The translations under genes and the position numbers were made by a program. Below the pieces are notes generated by a model. It was not told the origin of the DNA, searched no databases, and saw nothing but the letters and a program-made list of their open reading frames with translations. Below, in pieces: positions 19,615-30,067 of a stretch of 64,000 nucleotides of DNA. This DNA is from an uncultured virus (IMG/VR IMGVR_UViG_3300005920_000007). Taxonomy: Duplodnaviria; Heunggongvirae; Uroviricota; Caudoviricetes. Every line of letters begins with the position of its first letter. The first letter of the stretch is position 1. The DNA is taken from IMG/VR virus record IMGVR_UViG_3300005920_000007. One strand, written 5' to 3'.

Positions 19615-20724
19615 ATGCGAATGTTTAAAAAAGCCACCTTTTTGTTGGCCGCCGCCAGCGTAATGGTTTTATCAGGCTGTACTGATATGGTGAGCGTATC
19701 ACAACAAGAAGTGGGCACGGTCATTAATGGCGAGACAGGCGAGTATGAAGGCTTCTATCGCAACCGCGTCATGAAAATCAACAACTTTTGTGGCACAACC
19801 GACGAGTGTGACAAAGCGCTTGTGCTTACCATTCCCACCATCAATGCTGAGGTACCTGGTAAATACGCCATGCCTAAATCTAATGATCAGGACTTAACGT
19901 TAGATTTGGAACTGCGCGTTAGTTTTGACCTTTCAGGCAGCGAGGCAGACATCCTTAAACGCGTTGCCTCTGCCGCTAAGCGCTACAAAATGAGCGTGAA
20001 GGGGAGGGCGAATGAAGTTCAGTTGATGCAAATTAACATCGACACTATTTCGAACACCGACCTTAACCCTGCTGTCGTCAAAACACACATTCGCCCTTTA
20101 TTGACTAACTACACACTGGAAACGGCGTTTCAAAATATCGGCAATGGCGGATCGCTCCTTTACGGTGGCAAAGACCCCATGGGCAGAGACATCAAAGGCA
20201 TTCTTGGGACGTTGCGAGAATACCTTAAGGGGATCAACAGCCCGTTAGTACTTGAGCAAATTGGCATTAAGGCCATTGATATGCCCGCTTCCATCAAAGA
20301 GCGTAAGGCAGACAATGAAGCGCTTACTGAGAACGAAGAAATGCAGCGCAAGCAGCTTGTGATGGCAGAGCGACGTCGTGTACAAGAGCATTTACACAAC
20401 ATGCGACAAGCTGCCGACGAGCTTGAAATCCTAGCAGCCTATGCCCCTATATTAATGCAACCTGGCGTTGTACAATATAAATGGACACAAGTCGCCCAAG
20501 GCTTCAAGGAAGCGGGGATCCCCTTTGCCGTTACGCCTGAAATGTTAGCAATGGGTGAAAACGGTGCGATTGCTGTAGAAGACATTAATACGCGCATCAA
20601 ATCACTGAGACAAAGCGCTGAGCGTATAGAAAACAGCGCCTACTATCGCTGTGTAGAAGCGGGTAAGTTGACGCCTACTGAGTGTTCAGACAAATACGGC
20701 GATGAAGATGCTGCGCAGCCATAA
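19615..20724 (+). CDS. lipoprotein, SPFH/band-7-like with coiled coil
   Basis: Signal peptide plus LSGC lipobox; IGIKAIDMPASI followed by a coiled coil, as in SPFH proteins. Confidence 0.65.
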   Translation: MRMFKKATFLLAAASVMVLSGCTDMVSVSQQEVGTVINGETGEYEGFYRNRVMKINNFCGTTDECDKALVLTIPTINAEVPGKYAMPKSNDQDLTLDLELRVSFDLSGSEADILKRVASAAKRYKMSVKGRANEVQLMQINIDTISNTDLNPAVVKTHIRPLLTNYTLETAFQNIGNGGSLLYGGKDPMGRDIKGILGTLREYLKGINSPLVLEQIGIKAIDMPASIKERKADNEALTENEEMQRKQLVMAERRRVQEHLHNMRQAADELEILAAYAPILMQPGVVQYKWTQVAQGFKEAGIPFAVTPEMLAMGENGAIAVEDINTRIKSLRQSAERIENSAYYRCVEAGKLTPTECSDKYGDEDAAQP

Positions 20725-20733
20725 GATGCCATT

Positions 20734-21147
20734 ATGAGCAAGTTAATATACTACATTATCTACCCTTTGCTGTGGGTGTTTTACCCACCGCTAGTGAAGG
20801 CAAGATTTTCTGAAATCAAAGAAAATAAAGCACTATGGAAAGCATTTAAGGTGTGTGCATCCCTTGCATTTATCCTTCTTGCATTCCCAGTCGCCTTAAT
20901 TGCCGCGCATACTGCGGGTGATTCTTTCGGAGACATGGAACGCGCGATTATTACCGGAGCGCCCCCTGTTGAGTCCGAATCGCAACGCCAGCAAAGAGAG
21001 TCTGATGCTGTGCTGCCTCCACCGCCAGTGGCGAATGAGACAGTTTACGACACTAAAGACAACGCTCCCAGTCTAGACACACAGGCACGCATTGACGCTC
21101 TAAAGGAAAAAGTCAAAGCCGAGCGTGGAAAATCTGACAGCAAGTAA
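20734..21147 (+). CDS. membrane protein
   Basis: Two hydrophobic segments; co-transcribed with the lipoprotein. Confidence 0.7.
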   Translation: MSKLIYYIIYPLLWVFYPPLVKARFSEIKENKALWKAFKVCASLAFILLAFPVALIAAHTAGDSFGDMERAIITGAPPVESESQRQQRESDAVLPPPPVANETVYDTKDNAPSLDTQARIDALKEKVKAERGKSDSK

Positions 21148-21273
21148 AAATAACGCCTGCGGCACTCATACCGCAGGCGTTTTTCCTTAATTCACACGAC
21201 ATACTTGCCGGAAATATTGACAACGCTCTCTGATTTTGAGACACTGACATGGTCAACACAACAAGAGAATGCC

Positions 21274-21510
21274 ATGACGCTCAATGACTTTGTCTTATCT
21301 CGCCAACGAGCAATAAGCGCTAATTTTGCATTACGCAATCGCGCCCCCTACTCCCGACAACGCAATCCAGAAAGGGTGCTTCAATGGCGTGCGCAGCAGC
21401 GTGCTACAATACGCCGTTTCATCCAGGAAGTCAGGCTTTCGGAAAACAAAGATACCGCTCATATCATGAGTAAGGCCGTCGCCAACTTGGTTACACCTAA
21501 GTTTAACTAA
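21274..21510 (+). CDS. small basic protein
   Basis: Follows repeat copy 21217. Confidence 0.7.
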   Translation: MTLNDFVLSRQRAISANFALRNRAPYSRQRNPERVLQWRAQQRATIRRFIQEVRLSENKDTAHIMSKAVANLVTPKFN

Positions 21511-21591
21511 TACGAGCAATATGTCGGTTTCTTATTGACAACACTCTCAGTTTTTGAGATACTAATCCTGTCAACACAACAGGAGAGAGAC

Positions 21592-21861
21592 ATGGCTTTA
21601 TCTGAACAAGCAATGATCAGCAAAATCAATAAGGCGCTACCAGAAGCGAACGCCGTACCTATGGCTGAATTTTACGGCGACCCGTCACGTAAAGGCATCT
21701 GGCTACGAGGCAGCGAAGAGTTTGCATCAGATGGTTTACCTATCTTTAACGCAGGCACTATCGAGGACGCTCTGCACCCTACACTACAAGCTATCGTCGA
21801 TGACAATGGCTGGTACGGCGAACCCTATGACGGTGGCACGCTAATGCTATACAAGGTGTAG
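21592..21861 (+). CDS. hypothetical protein
   Basis: Follows repeat copy 21535. Confidence 0.8.
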   Translation: MALSEQAMISKINKALPEANAVPMAEFYGDPSRKGIWLRGSEEFASDGLPIFNAGTIEDALHPTLQAIVDDNGWYGEPYDGGTLMLYKV

Positions 21862-21863
21862 CC

Positions 21864-22169
21864 GTGTGCTGGGCCACGCCTTATATCACTAAGTTGCAGC
21901 GAGGCGAAACCGTGTCGTTTCGTCCGCGAGGCAACTCCATGACCGGGCGCATATCGTCAGATCAAAAGGTCACAGTCCGTCCCCTTGACAGCGATGAGGC
22001 ACTTAAAAAACGAGACATTGTGCTTTGTACGGTATCAGGGGCGCAGTATTTGCACCTTGTTACTGCGGTGCAGGCTGGTCGGGTCCAAATATCCAATAAC
22101 CACGGCAAGGTTAATGGGTGGACACCGATAAAAAATATTTACGGCAAGTGCATCCGCGTAGAACCGTAG
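21864..22169 (+). CDS. stand-alone S24/S26-like peptidase domain
   Basis: RGNSM serine motif, YLHLV, NN.G.VNGW. Confidence 0.7.
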   Translation: MCWATPYITKLQRGETVSFRPRGNSMTGRISSDQKVTVRPLDSDEALKKRDIVLCTVSGAQYLHLVTAVQAGRVQISNNHGKVNGWTPIKNIYGKCIRVEP

Positions 22170-22203
22170 GTGCACATGTTAAAAACGAGTTGAGGAAATA
22201 ACG

Positions 22204-22413
22204 ATGGCGAATAAAAGACGCCCTTACGGGATTTATAAAGGCAACCCTGAACACATCTCGCCCTACGGGCCGGATGTTGCAGACTGCCAAGAGTTTCTTC
22301 CTCAGGGAGAACGTATTCGCAACAAGAAAGCGAAACGTCGCTACCACAACAAAGTAGCACGAGCGACGGCTAAAAAAGCCATGAACGAGGACGTTCGCGC
22401 TAGCTGTTATTGA
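22204..22413 (+). CDS. small basic protein
   Basis: GAGGA RBS. Confidence 0.65.
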   Translation: MANKRRPYGIYKGNPEHISPYGPDVADCQEFLPQGERIRNKKAKRRYHNKVARATAKKAMNEDVRASCY

Positions 22414-22492
22414 CTTTTCTGGGTTTTCGCGACCCACAATGAGCAATGCGGGGCTCACCCCGCATTCATTCTATGCAAAATAAGGTTTATCT

Positions 22493-22864
22493 ATGAGCAA
22501 CGCATCGCACCCACAGGGCGACATCCTTTATCTTAGCCGACAGATTGCCGCACGCCTCACCGAGTTCGTCAAGGCAACAAAATCACCTGTCATTATCTCA
22601 AACCCATGGCTGGCTCAGGCGCTGTTTATGCTAAAACGAACGTTGCCTATCCGTTATGACAACGCGCCATATGCTGACTTAGAGTACTTGTTTGCGCAAT
22701 ACCCTGGCTTCTCTATTGCATTTATTAACGAAAACATTGCAATTGGATGGGAAGGCTGCAACGACAACCCTTTAATACCGATTGACCTTGCGACGTTAGG
22801 CAATATGCTTTGCCCTACATCACGAGCAACGCTGCGAAGCATCATTGACTTGGATGAACAATAA
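22493..22864 (+). CDS. hypothetical protein
   Basis: AAGG RBS. Confidence 0.7.
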   Translation: MSNASHPQGDILYLSRQIAARLTEFVKATKSPVIISNPWLAQALFMLKRTLPIRYDNAPYADLEYLFAQYPGFSIAFINENIAIGWEGCNDNPLIPIDLATLGNMLCPTSRATLRSIIDLDEQ

Positions 22865-23214
22865 TGTCACAACTATCACCTAAGGCGATAAACGAATTTC
22901 TCAGCGAGAACTTTGAAGGAGAACTCTCTGCCAATGTTGCCTCCAGCACGACCTCTGAACTCGTTCAGATCATGACTGATGCCGGTATTCCACCCGGTGA
23001 ACCCGAAAATGACAGCGTGCTTTTAAGCGATATTCGCGATGTCATCGTTGAGCTTGCGGCAGTATACGAGTGCTTGCTTAACACGACGAACACGGGCGTG
23101 CCACTGGCAATTGACATCCCCTCAATAGAGACACCATTAGGGCAGCGTATCAACGACATCTTACCTCGCCCAGATGAAAACCCTAACATCAACGACACTA
23201 AAGGTAGAGATTAA
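22864..23214 (+). CDS. hypothetical protein
   Basis: TAATG overlap. Confidence 0.7.
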   Translation: MSQLSPKAINEFLSENFEGELSANVASSTTSELVQIMTDAGIPPGEPENDSVLLSDIRDVIVELAAVYECLLNTTNTGVPLAIDIPSIETPLGQRINDILPRPDENPNINDTKGRD

Positions 23215-23215
23215 C

Positions 23216-23494
23216 ATGGGCCCTTACGACAACGAGACCGGCAAGTACCTCTTTGACAATGATATTATGTCAGCACACTGGCTTTACCATGATGACAGTG
23301 AATCACTGTATATTATCGGGCGTGATGAGCACGGCTTTGAAGGCTATGGCAATGATGATGACATCGAGGCGGCGCTTTTTGCGCTTACTGACAGCGAGTT
23401 AGACAATGACGCGCTCATGGAAAGCAAAGGCTTTACGCTTGTGCCAGACCCGCTACGCCGCTTTGGTGTGAATGAAGGTTATTACGCGGCATAA
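23216..23494 (+). CDS. small acidic protein
   Basis: Coupled ORF, start corrected. Confidence 0.7.
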   Translation: MGPYDNETGKYLFDNDIMSAHWLYHDDSESLYIIGRDEHGFEGYGNDDDIEAALFALTDSELDNDALMESKGFTLVPDPLRRFGVNEGYYAA

Positions 23495-23583
23495 CGTTGC
23501 AAGAGGCGGCCTTTTGCCTAATTTACTTGACAACACTCACACCATTTGAGATACTTGTCTTGTCAACACAACAGGAGGCCGTC

Positions 23584-23805
23584 ATGCCGTCAATATGCAA
23601 ATACTGTAATCAACCCGTTATCCTTTCACCTTCAGCGTCAGAACGCGCAAAGAAGAGTGACAAGCCTGCATCGTATTACACTGCGCTTTTTCCCAATCAC
23701 TCTGAATGTGAAGTGGCTGCGAGAAGTGCAGGCTCTGTTGCGCTAATGCGCAGCATCAAACAGCAGCGTGCTGCCGAGCGCGTAACGTATCCACTAGGGA
23801 AATAA
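23584..23805 (+). CDS. small putative Zn-binding protein (CxxC...HxxC)
   Basis: Follows repeat copy 23527, AGGAGG RBS. Confidence 0.75.
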   Translation: MPSICKYCNQPVILSPSASERAKKSDKPASYYTALFPNHSECEVAARSAGSVALMRSIKQQRAAERVTYPLGK

Positions 23806-23830
23806 GCTGCCATCACAAGGAATATCAATC

Positions 23831-24451
23831 ATGAACGAGAAACGTTACTTTTACTTTGTCAGCACGCCTGATGCAGCAAAAGCGATATTGAGTGACTTTG
23901 ACACCAACATTGCCCATAAGCGAAAAGCAATTATCGACTCGCTTTATATCGAAGCCGGTGGTGCCGTCGCGCATACTGAAGCGTCCAACTGGGGCAGGGC
24001 GTCTAGCATTCGCTATTTGGTCTACCCCGTCGCTCACCCAATTGTGTCTGCCTCGCACATTAAAGTCCATGACACCCGTGAGCATAACGGTGAGAAAGTG
24101 GCGATTGTCGGTGGCAAAGGCAATCATAAGCTTGGTAAGGCACTGAACGCCCTTGTTGCCAAAGCCAATGACGCACTGACCGAGTATCCGTACCTTAGCG
24201 ACTGGTTTATTTCTTCTAATAACCTGATGCGAACCATGATTGGCGATCGCGTGCCTAACAGCAGCGCCAGTTCAATGATATCGACAAACTTCGGTATTGC
24301 CAAAGATGATAATGGCGAGGATGTTGCTGTGCTTCGCGTGCCCAAGTACACCGAGCGCACGGGCGATGCCCCGCCTGTTGACGATCCCGTTGATGTGCCG
24401 GAAGGTTTTAGTGAGATCACGTATGGTCAGTTTTTCGACCTCGTCAACTAA
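23831..24451 (+). CDS. hypothetical protein
   Basis: AAGGA RBS. Confidence 0.8.
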   Translation: MNEKRYFYFVSTPDAAKAILSDFDTNIAHKRKAIIDSLYIEAGGAVAHTEASNWGRASSIRYLVYPVAHPIVSASHIKVHDTREHNGEKVAIVGGKGNHKLGKALNALVAKANDALTEYPYLSDWFISSNNLMRTMIGDRVPNSSASSMISTNFGIAKDDNGEDVAVLRVPKYTERTGDAPPVDDPVDVPEGFSEITYGQFFDLVN

Positions 24452-24582
24452 TCCTCACCGCACTCGTGCATCGAACAAACAAAGCCATCTTGATTGATGG
24501 CTTTGTTTTATTGCATACAAAAACTTGACAACACTCACCGTTTTTGCGATACTAAACCTGTCAACACAACCGAGGAAAAACG

Positions 24583-25089
24583 ATGGAACATCTCAAAACT
24601 ATTTTTGGCTCAGTTCTACTTTTTGGCGCTATTGCTTATGGCGCATCAGCGTTCCCCGCTAAACAAGACAATACGTTTGGGCACGTTGAGTTAGGTCAGG
24701 CGACCAATGTCCCTAACGTCGTAGATGGCGTGCTGTATCAATCAACACCTGCCATTGCCTTTCCGACCACAACGGACAAACGCCTTACGGCGTTCTTACC
24801 GACGGGCATTGAAGGCAAGGTCACAGCCGTCAAAGGACAGTCAGGGAAGTATGTGCCGGTCAAAGTGGACTACAACTTATCGTATCGTTACGACGATATG
24901 CAAAGCTGCCAAGATGCCATGCGCCTTATCCGCACGCGTTATGCGTCAATGGGCATTGCAAAGCAATCACTTGAATTGGACGGTTGTACGCAAAGTCTTG
25001 ATGGCAGAGCGCTCAAAAAGCCCATCACCTTAACAGTATCACAGCGTATCCACGACAATCTTTTTGTCGACATCATCACGCGCACCTAG
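24583..25089 (+). CDS. putative secreted protein
   Basis: Signal peptide ending ASA; follows repeat copy 24525. Confidence 0.75.
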   Translation: MEHLKTIFGSVLLFGAIAYGASAFPAKQDNTFGHVELGQATNVPNVVDGVLYQSTPAIAFPTTTDKRLTAFLPTGIEGKVTAVKGQSGKYVPVKVDYNLSYRYDDMQSCQDAMRLIRTRYASMGIAKQSLELDGCTQSLDGRALKKPITLTVSQRIHDNLFVDIITRT

Positions 25090-25318
25090 CGTCACGAGGC
25101 AGGGCACACGCCCTGCCACTATCAACCAGCATCAAAGAGCGATTTTTTGTTATGAATAACGTTGAACGTGAGCGCCGTGAGCGCAACTTTCTTGCTGAAT
25201 GCGGCTTTGATTTAGACAACGGTTACTTTAGTGAAGATGTTGATTTTTGGCGACGCCAAGAACCCTCACTGTACGAATACCATATAAAAAACCCCCTTGC
25301 TTAGCACGACTGAATTTT

Positions 25319-25576
25319 ATGAACAATCAAGTAGCAAAACTCATATCAGAACTACTGTCATCCACGTTTAAGCGCACAGAGAAGTGCATTGATGGACACC
25401 ACGGCAAGGCGCTGATTGATGCATTGAAGGCGCAAGGTGTTCGTTCTGTACGTAACACTGCGGGAGAGCGACGTGACAATATCAATGCAACATTAAATGC
25501 CAGGTATGCGACGTTTACAATCACAGAGTCTACTTGTATGGGACCATTCACTGCCATAGTGATGCAGAAACACTAA
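25319..25576 (+). CDS. hypothetical protein
   Basis: ORF; start uncertain. Confidence 0.5.
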   Translation: MNNQVAKLISELLSSTFKRTEKCIDGHHGKALIDALKAQGVRSVRNTAGERRDNINATLNARYATFTITESTCMGPFTAIVMQKH

Positions 25577-25717
25577 CTTAACGTGAACTGCTCAGCGAGG
25601 GCAGAGAGTGGACAAAAATCGGCTTCCACTAGAAACGCCAATAGACTCTAGTTTTGTCAATACGGTGTCGCTACCTTTTTGACAAGATTACCCGTCAAGT
25701 TAACCAAGGACACATTC

Positions 25718-26017
25718 ATGAAAAAAGCAAAACCAAGTGGATTTTACGATCTAGAAAACCCAGAGCAGTTTAATGACTTTCAAAATAGCCTTACCCCATA
25801 CGCCCAAGATGATGCTATGGGAGGCGTTTACGGGATTGAACTTGGAAAGACAGCAGAAAGAATTGAATTAGATAACCTATATTCACTTTCTCAAATTCAA
25901 GAGTCGAAATTTGACTTGATTATTGTTGATTACGGTAATAGCGCAGGTGATGCTTCTAAACTATTTATTAATATCAGCACTTTATCTGCTTTCTGGCTAG
26001 ATGAAAGCCCGCTTTAA
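25718..26017 (+). CDS. hypothetical protein
   Basis: AAGGA RBS; AT-rich. Confidence 0.7.
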   Translation: MKKAKPSGFYDLENPEQFNDFQNSLTPYAQDDAMGGVYGIELGKTAERIELDNLYSLSQIQESKFDLIIVDYGNSAGDASKLFINISTLSAFWLDESPL

Positions 26018-26084
26018 ATAGTTGAGAGCCTCATTGAGACGCTTTTTCTTTTTTATCAACATAGGCGTACATCAAGGAAACAAC

Positions 26085-26513
26085 ATGAATACTGAAACGC
26101 AACGCATCATCAACGTAGGCAATTGGACACTTGTTATCAACCAGAATGAAGGACAGAGTGCAGAATCGCCACGCGAAGACGTCGTGTCGTGTATCGTGAC
26201 TCACAACAGCTTCACACCGGTGGTAGACACCGATCAAGATATTGGCGCTGAAGATGAATTGGGCTATCGCCTCACCGCGAAAGCGATTGAGCGCAAGTAT
26301 GATGTTGAGGGTGAAGCACGCCTTGAGCAGCTTTCCGATAATGTTTCGGCGTTTGGCCTTACTTTTTCTATTGTGATAGACAGCGATGAACACTTTAATT
26401 TGTATGTGAAAGCGGAGTGTGACGGTCACGAGGTCAAACATGTCAACATCGATGATGGCAACGACGCGGTACCACCTTGCGAATTAACAATAAGTGTAGC
26501 GCAGGAGAACTAA
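26085..26513 (+). CDS. hypothetical acidic protein
   Basis: AAGGA RBS. Confidence 0.75.
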   Translation: MNTETQRIINVGNWTLVINQNEGQSAESPREDVVSCIVTHNSFTPVVDTDQDIGAEDELGYRLTAKAIERKYDVEGEARLEQLSDNVSAFGLTFSIVIDSDEHFNLYVKAECDGHEVKHVNIDDGNDAVPPCELTISVAQEN

Positions 26514-26594
26514 CACCTAATGCACCTTTTCGTTGACAACGCCCTCACATTGTGAGATACTCTTTTTCGTCAACACAGCAAAGGAAAAACACGT

Positions 26595-27365
26595 ATGCAA
26601 CCCATCTTATCATCACTGTCATTAACTGCGAATGAGCGTGGCACAAAAGCTTTCGTGGCCGCATTTTCAAACACACCTGACGGCATGTCGCTTTCAGCGT
26701 CTGGCACAGTGACAGGCGCATCTAGCCAAGCCCCAGATAAGCTTACCATGATGGCTGCGCTTCTTTTTTCAGAGGTAGATAATGTGGGTGGCTTTTCGAT
26801 TACCGTAGAGCAGTGGGCCCACGATAACACTTCTGATGATGAAACCACGCAGTTGCGTGTATGCGTTGCCGACGATTCAGGTGACAACGCAGCGACATTT
26901 ACGCTTGGTTTTCGCGACCCCAACAACGAGTTAAACGCATTAAGCCGCGTAGTGTCAGTCAGTTCGCTGGCAATGGTTGAGGCATGGTGTCAATACGTGA
27001 TGAATGCGGACATTATTTCACAGGATGTCTACCGCTCAACACTACTGCTTGGGCTTCAAATCCGTGGCCTATGGCGAAAAGATGATATGCCACTGGCTGA
27101 ACTGGTGAGCGAATGCAAAGATGCCGACCCCGTTTTGTTTCATGCTGCTACCGATGAATTGCGAGAGGCCGCCATCCGTCGTATGCGTCATGTGCTTATC
27201 GCAGACGCCATGCCGAGCTTTGACGTTATGGAGCTTAAGCTTTACGTTGACCGCTGTGAGCAAACAATTAATATGCGTGACATTAGTTCGCAAAAGAAGC
27301 CTTTTTTCTTGTCTGACCGCCGCCAGCACATCGGCAAAAAAGCGCGCCGTATGCACCGTGGTTAG
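26595..27365 (+). CDS. hypothetical protein
   Basis: Follows repeat copy 26533. Confidence 0.8.
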   Translation: MQPILSSLSLTANERGTKAFVAAFSNTPDGMSLSASGTVTGASSQAPDKLTMMAALLFSEVDNVGGFSITVEQWAHDNTSDDETTQLRVCVADDSGDNAATFTLGFRDPNNELNALSRVVSVSSLAMVEAWCQYVMNADIISQDVYRSTLLLGLQIRGLWRKDDMPLAELVSECKDADPVLFHAATDELREAAIRRMRHVLIADAMPSFDVMELKLYVDRCEQTINMRDISSQKKPFFLSDRRQHIGKKARRMHRG

Positions 27366-27447
27366 CGGTGCGATGGCGCGTTTTCATTGACAACGCCCTC
27401 ACACCATGAGATACTATTCCTGTCAACACAACAAAAGGAATACCTCT

Positions 27448-27888
27448 ATGTCTACGATGAAAAAAATGGCTTACGCGGATGCATTAGCCATAAAAATTCT
27501 TGCTGCTAAAGCATTAGGTCAAGAGACCACCTGCCATGACATTGCAACAAAACAATTGCAATGTGAGACGCTACACCCTATGGATGGCGCGCGATTAGAA
27601 CGCGAAGCCACGGCCATTCACAATGCGCTTGCGGCCAACGAAGCCAAGATGAAAGAAGCCAACCTTGTTGCACAGCGCCTCGCCGTTGAATACGGTTTCG
27701 CTCAAGCTTCAACCTCATACTTAATCTCAGATATTGATTATGATGAGGGCCATGATGCATTACCCACCTCACTTACCATGACGCTGGATACGCCGTTGGA
27801 CGGAGAAGCGCTTCAAGAACGTGCCTCCGACTTTATCTCAAACGAAACCGGCTTTTGTCATAGCGGCTTTAGCGTTTCATTGGCATAG
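27448..27888 (+). CDS. hypothetical protein
   Basis: Follows repeat copy 27387. Confidence 0.75.
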   Translation: MSTMKKMAYADALAIKILAAKALGQETTCHDIATKQLQCETLHPMDGARLEREATAIHNALAANEAKMKEANLVAQRLAVEYGFAQASTSYLISDIDYDEGHDALPTSLTMTLDTPLDGEALQERASDFISNETGFCHSGFSVSLA

Positions 27889-27900
27889 GAGGAGTACATT

Positions 27901-28137
27901 ATGTCACCTTTGAATGCATACCTTGACCACCTCAACAAACGTCAAGCTTTCTTTAATGCTAAACCTTACACGTTACCTGACGACGCGGTGCGTGTATTGC
28001 AAACGGTGGAGTGTGCTCTCAGCCCTGAAAACCTTCATGCTGACGGTGAACGTTCACGCAGTGATGTCAAAGCACGACGCGACTTTTTAGAGCGGGTTAA
28101 GCAAGAGATTGACGACATGCTTCAAACGACAGCCTGA
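27901..28137 (+). CDS. small phage-type hypothetical protein (LSPENL..DGE)
   Basis: AGGAGG RBS. Confidence 0.75.
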   Translation: MSPLNAYLDHLNKRQAFFNAKPYTLPDDAVRVLQTVECALSPENLHADGERSRSDVKARRDFLERVKQEIDDMLQTTA

Positions 28138-28238
28138 TTCGAGATTGTCGAACACATCAATACAAAAATGTGATACCTTCTTTATATCATTTTTATGCCA
28201 CTGCTGACGGTGGCATTTTCATTTACTGAGGAATAAAT

Positions 28239-28859
28239 ATGGTTAAACTACGCACTGACAACATTAACCCAAAACATCTTGCGCACATTGTGTGTGTTGA
28301 CGCTATGCATTTTGTAAACCGCAGCGAAGATGGTTTTTGCGACTTCACGCTAGAACCAGGCGATATCATCATTGCACGCCGCCACGAGCTTGAAAGAGAT
28401 TATCGCTTCCGTCAAGTTATGCCTATGCTGGTGTTTACGCACAAGGGCAAAATCTGGGCATATCGCCGCACTGAAAAAGGCGGTGAAAAGGGGCTTTATA
28501 ACAAGGTTGCTGTGGTGGTGGGCGGTCATTTTGACCTTGGCGACTTAGTGTATAATAAAAGCGTTATTGACCTTGAAAAGTCACTTGAGAAGTCTACTGC
28601 GCGTGAAATTGACGAAGAGGTCTTATTGAATGGGGCCAACGTTGTCAGTCAAACTAAGTTAGACAAAGTGATCACCGCTGATGTGACCGGCGTTGATGCG
28701 AAACACGTTGCTTTGGTTACGATGATAGAACTTGATGCCATGACGGTAGAAAGCAAGGAAGATGAGCTTGAGTCTCTCGGCTTCTTTTCGCCTGATGAAC
28801 TTCTTAATGGCGACTATGCTCTCGAAACATGGGCGACCATGATTTGCAAAATGATGTAA
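28239..28859 (+). CDS. NUDIX-family phosphoesterase-like protein
   Basis: RQxxP, GGH, AREIDEE. Confidence 0.8.
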   Translation: MVKLRTDNINPKHLAHIVCVDAMHFVNRSEDGFCDFTLEPGDIIIARRHELERDYRFRQVMPMLVFTHKGKIWAYRRTEKGGEKGLYNKVAVVVGGHFDLGDLVYNKSVIDLEKSLEKSTAREIDEEVLLNGANVVSQTKLDKVITADVTGVDAKHVALVTMIELDAMTVESKEDELESLGFFSPDELLNGDYALETWATMICKMM

Positions 28860-29009
28860 AACAAAATAATGCATCGCTAACGTAACGCGGCACAGGTCGC
28901 GTTACTAATTTTGATTATTTACAATAAAAACCCACCCCGCATCTCGCCGCACTTGACAAAGCACACACTTTTTGAGATACTTGTATTGTCAACACAACGG
29001 AGAGAACAC

Positions 29010-29315
29010 ATGTCACTAACGCCAGCACAAAAACGCGCAACCGATCCGGTTCGTTCAGCATGGAAAGCAATGCCTAACCATAAACTTATCCCTGTATTGG
29101 AGTCTCGACTTGGGGAAGGCGTTACCGTGCGTGTATGTAACAGCACTAATCGCCACATCAAGGTTATCGGCCCCGCGCGAACCGTTGAGCTTTACGCAAC
29201 CACGGGACTGGTTAACTGCGCGCCACATAATAATCTGAAACCGTGCAAGTTTACCAATATGATGCCCTCACGCGCTATTGAGCGTGTAGCGACACTTGCC
29301 ACGCAAGGCTGGTGA
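29010..29315 (+). CDS. hypothetical protein
   Basis: Follows repeat copy 28953. Confidence 0.75.
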   Translation: MSLTPAQKRATDPVRSAWKAMPNHKLIPVLESRLGEGVTVRVCNSTNRHIKVIGPARTVELYATTGLVNCAPHNNLKPCKFTNMMPSRAIERVATLATQGW

Positions 29316-29386
29316 TGACGTTTTGGCAACATTAACGCTGATGCACGCATCCAATGTGATGCACAACACTGACAACGAGGACTTAC

Positions 29387-29962
29387 ATGGATAGACTATC
29401 ATTATCTATTAATGGCAAAACCATCAATGCCACGCTAATTAAATGGCAACACTTACGCTTCTATATTCAAGACGATGTTAACCTTAATGAGTTTGAAATC
29501 TACGCTCGCCGTGCGTCATCTGACGTGCCTAGCACCATGCATGTGACGACAAACACACTGCGCGAGCTTAATGCACTTGGCTTTGTTCCCGTTTACTTTG
29601 ATATAGAAACGACAGAGCAACGTGGCACACAGCTATCCCTTGCGCTGGTGCATCAAGATGATTACTCATCTGCCCTTAGCGTCATCGATCGCACTTACGA
29701 ACCTGACGGCCTCAGCAAATTTCACGCTCAGTTATCGGACATTGACGACTCGCTCGTTTTTAATGATGAGGTAAGCGAGTATATAGTCTGTATCACTAAC
29801 GACAACTGTGACAAGGAATGGTTGCGCGTCGCCACACGTCTTTCTCTGTATGCAATGGAATACGATGCGGTGGTGAAAGCGCTAGGATACACTATCGACA
29901 TTAATCCTGATAAAGAAGAGGTGAGCTTTACATCATTACCTCAATCAAAGCACTTGATTTAG
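29387..29962 (+). CDS. hypothetical protein
   Basis: GAGGA RBS. Confidence 0.75.
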   Translation: MDRLSLSINGKTINATLIKWQHLRFYIQDDVNLNEFEIYARRASSDVPSTMHVTTNTLRELNALGFVPVYFDIETTEQRGTQLSLALVHQDDYSSALSVIDRTYEPDGLSKFHAQLSDIDDSLVFNDEVSEYIVCITNDNCDKEWLRVATRLSLYAMEYDAVVKALGYTIDINPDKEEVSFTSLPQSKHLI

Positions 29963-30067
29963 GTCATTGCTAAAGGTGTCGTTTATTAGTCACTTTGCGT
30001 TTCAGCATAAGAAAAGGCAGTTCGAAAGAACCGCCTTTTTTGTATGTTAAGTGAGTTCTGTGGCGTG

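Noticed and set aside
25653..25699. TTGTCAA...TTGACA...GTCAA cluster as another repeat copy
   Set aside because: Spacing is wrong and both the -10 and the CACAAC tail are missing; not counted.
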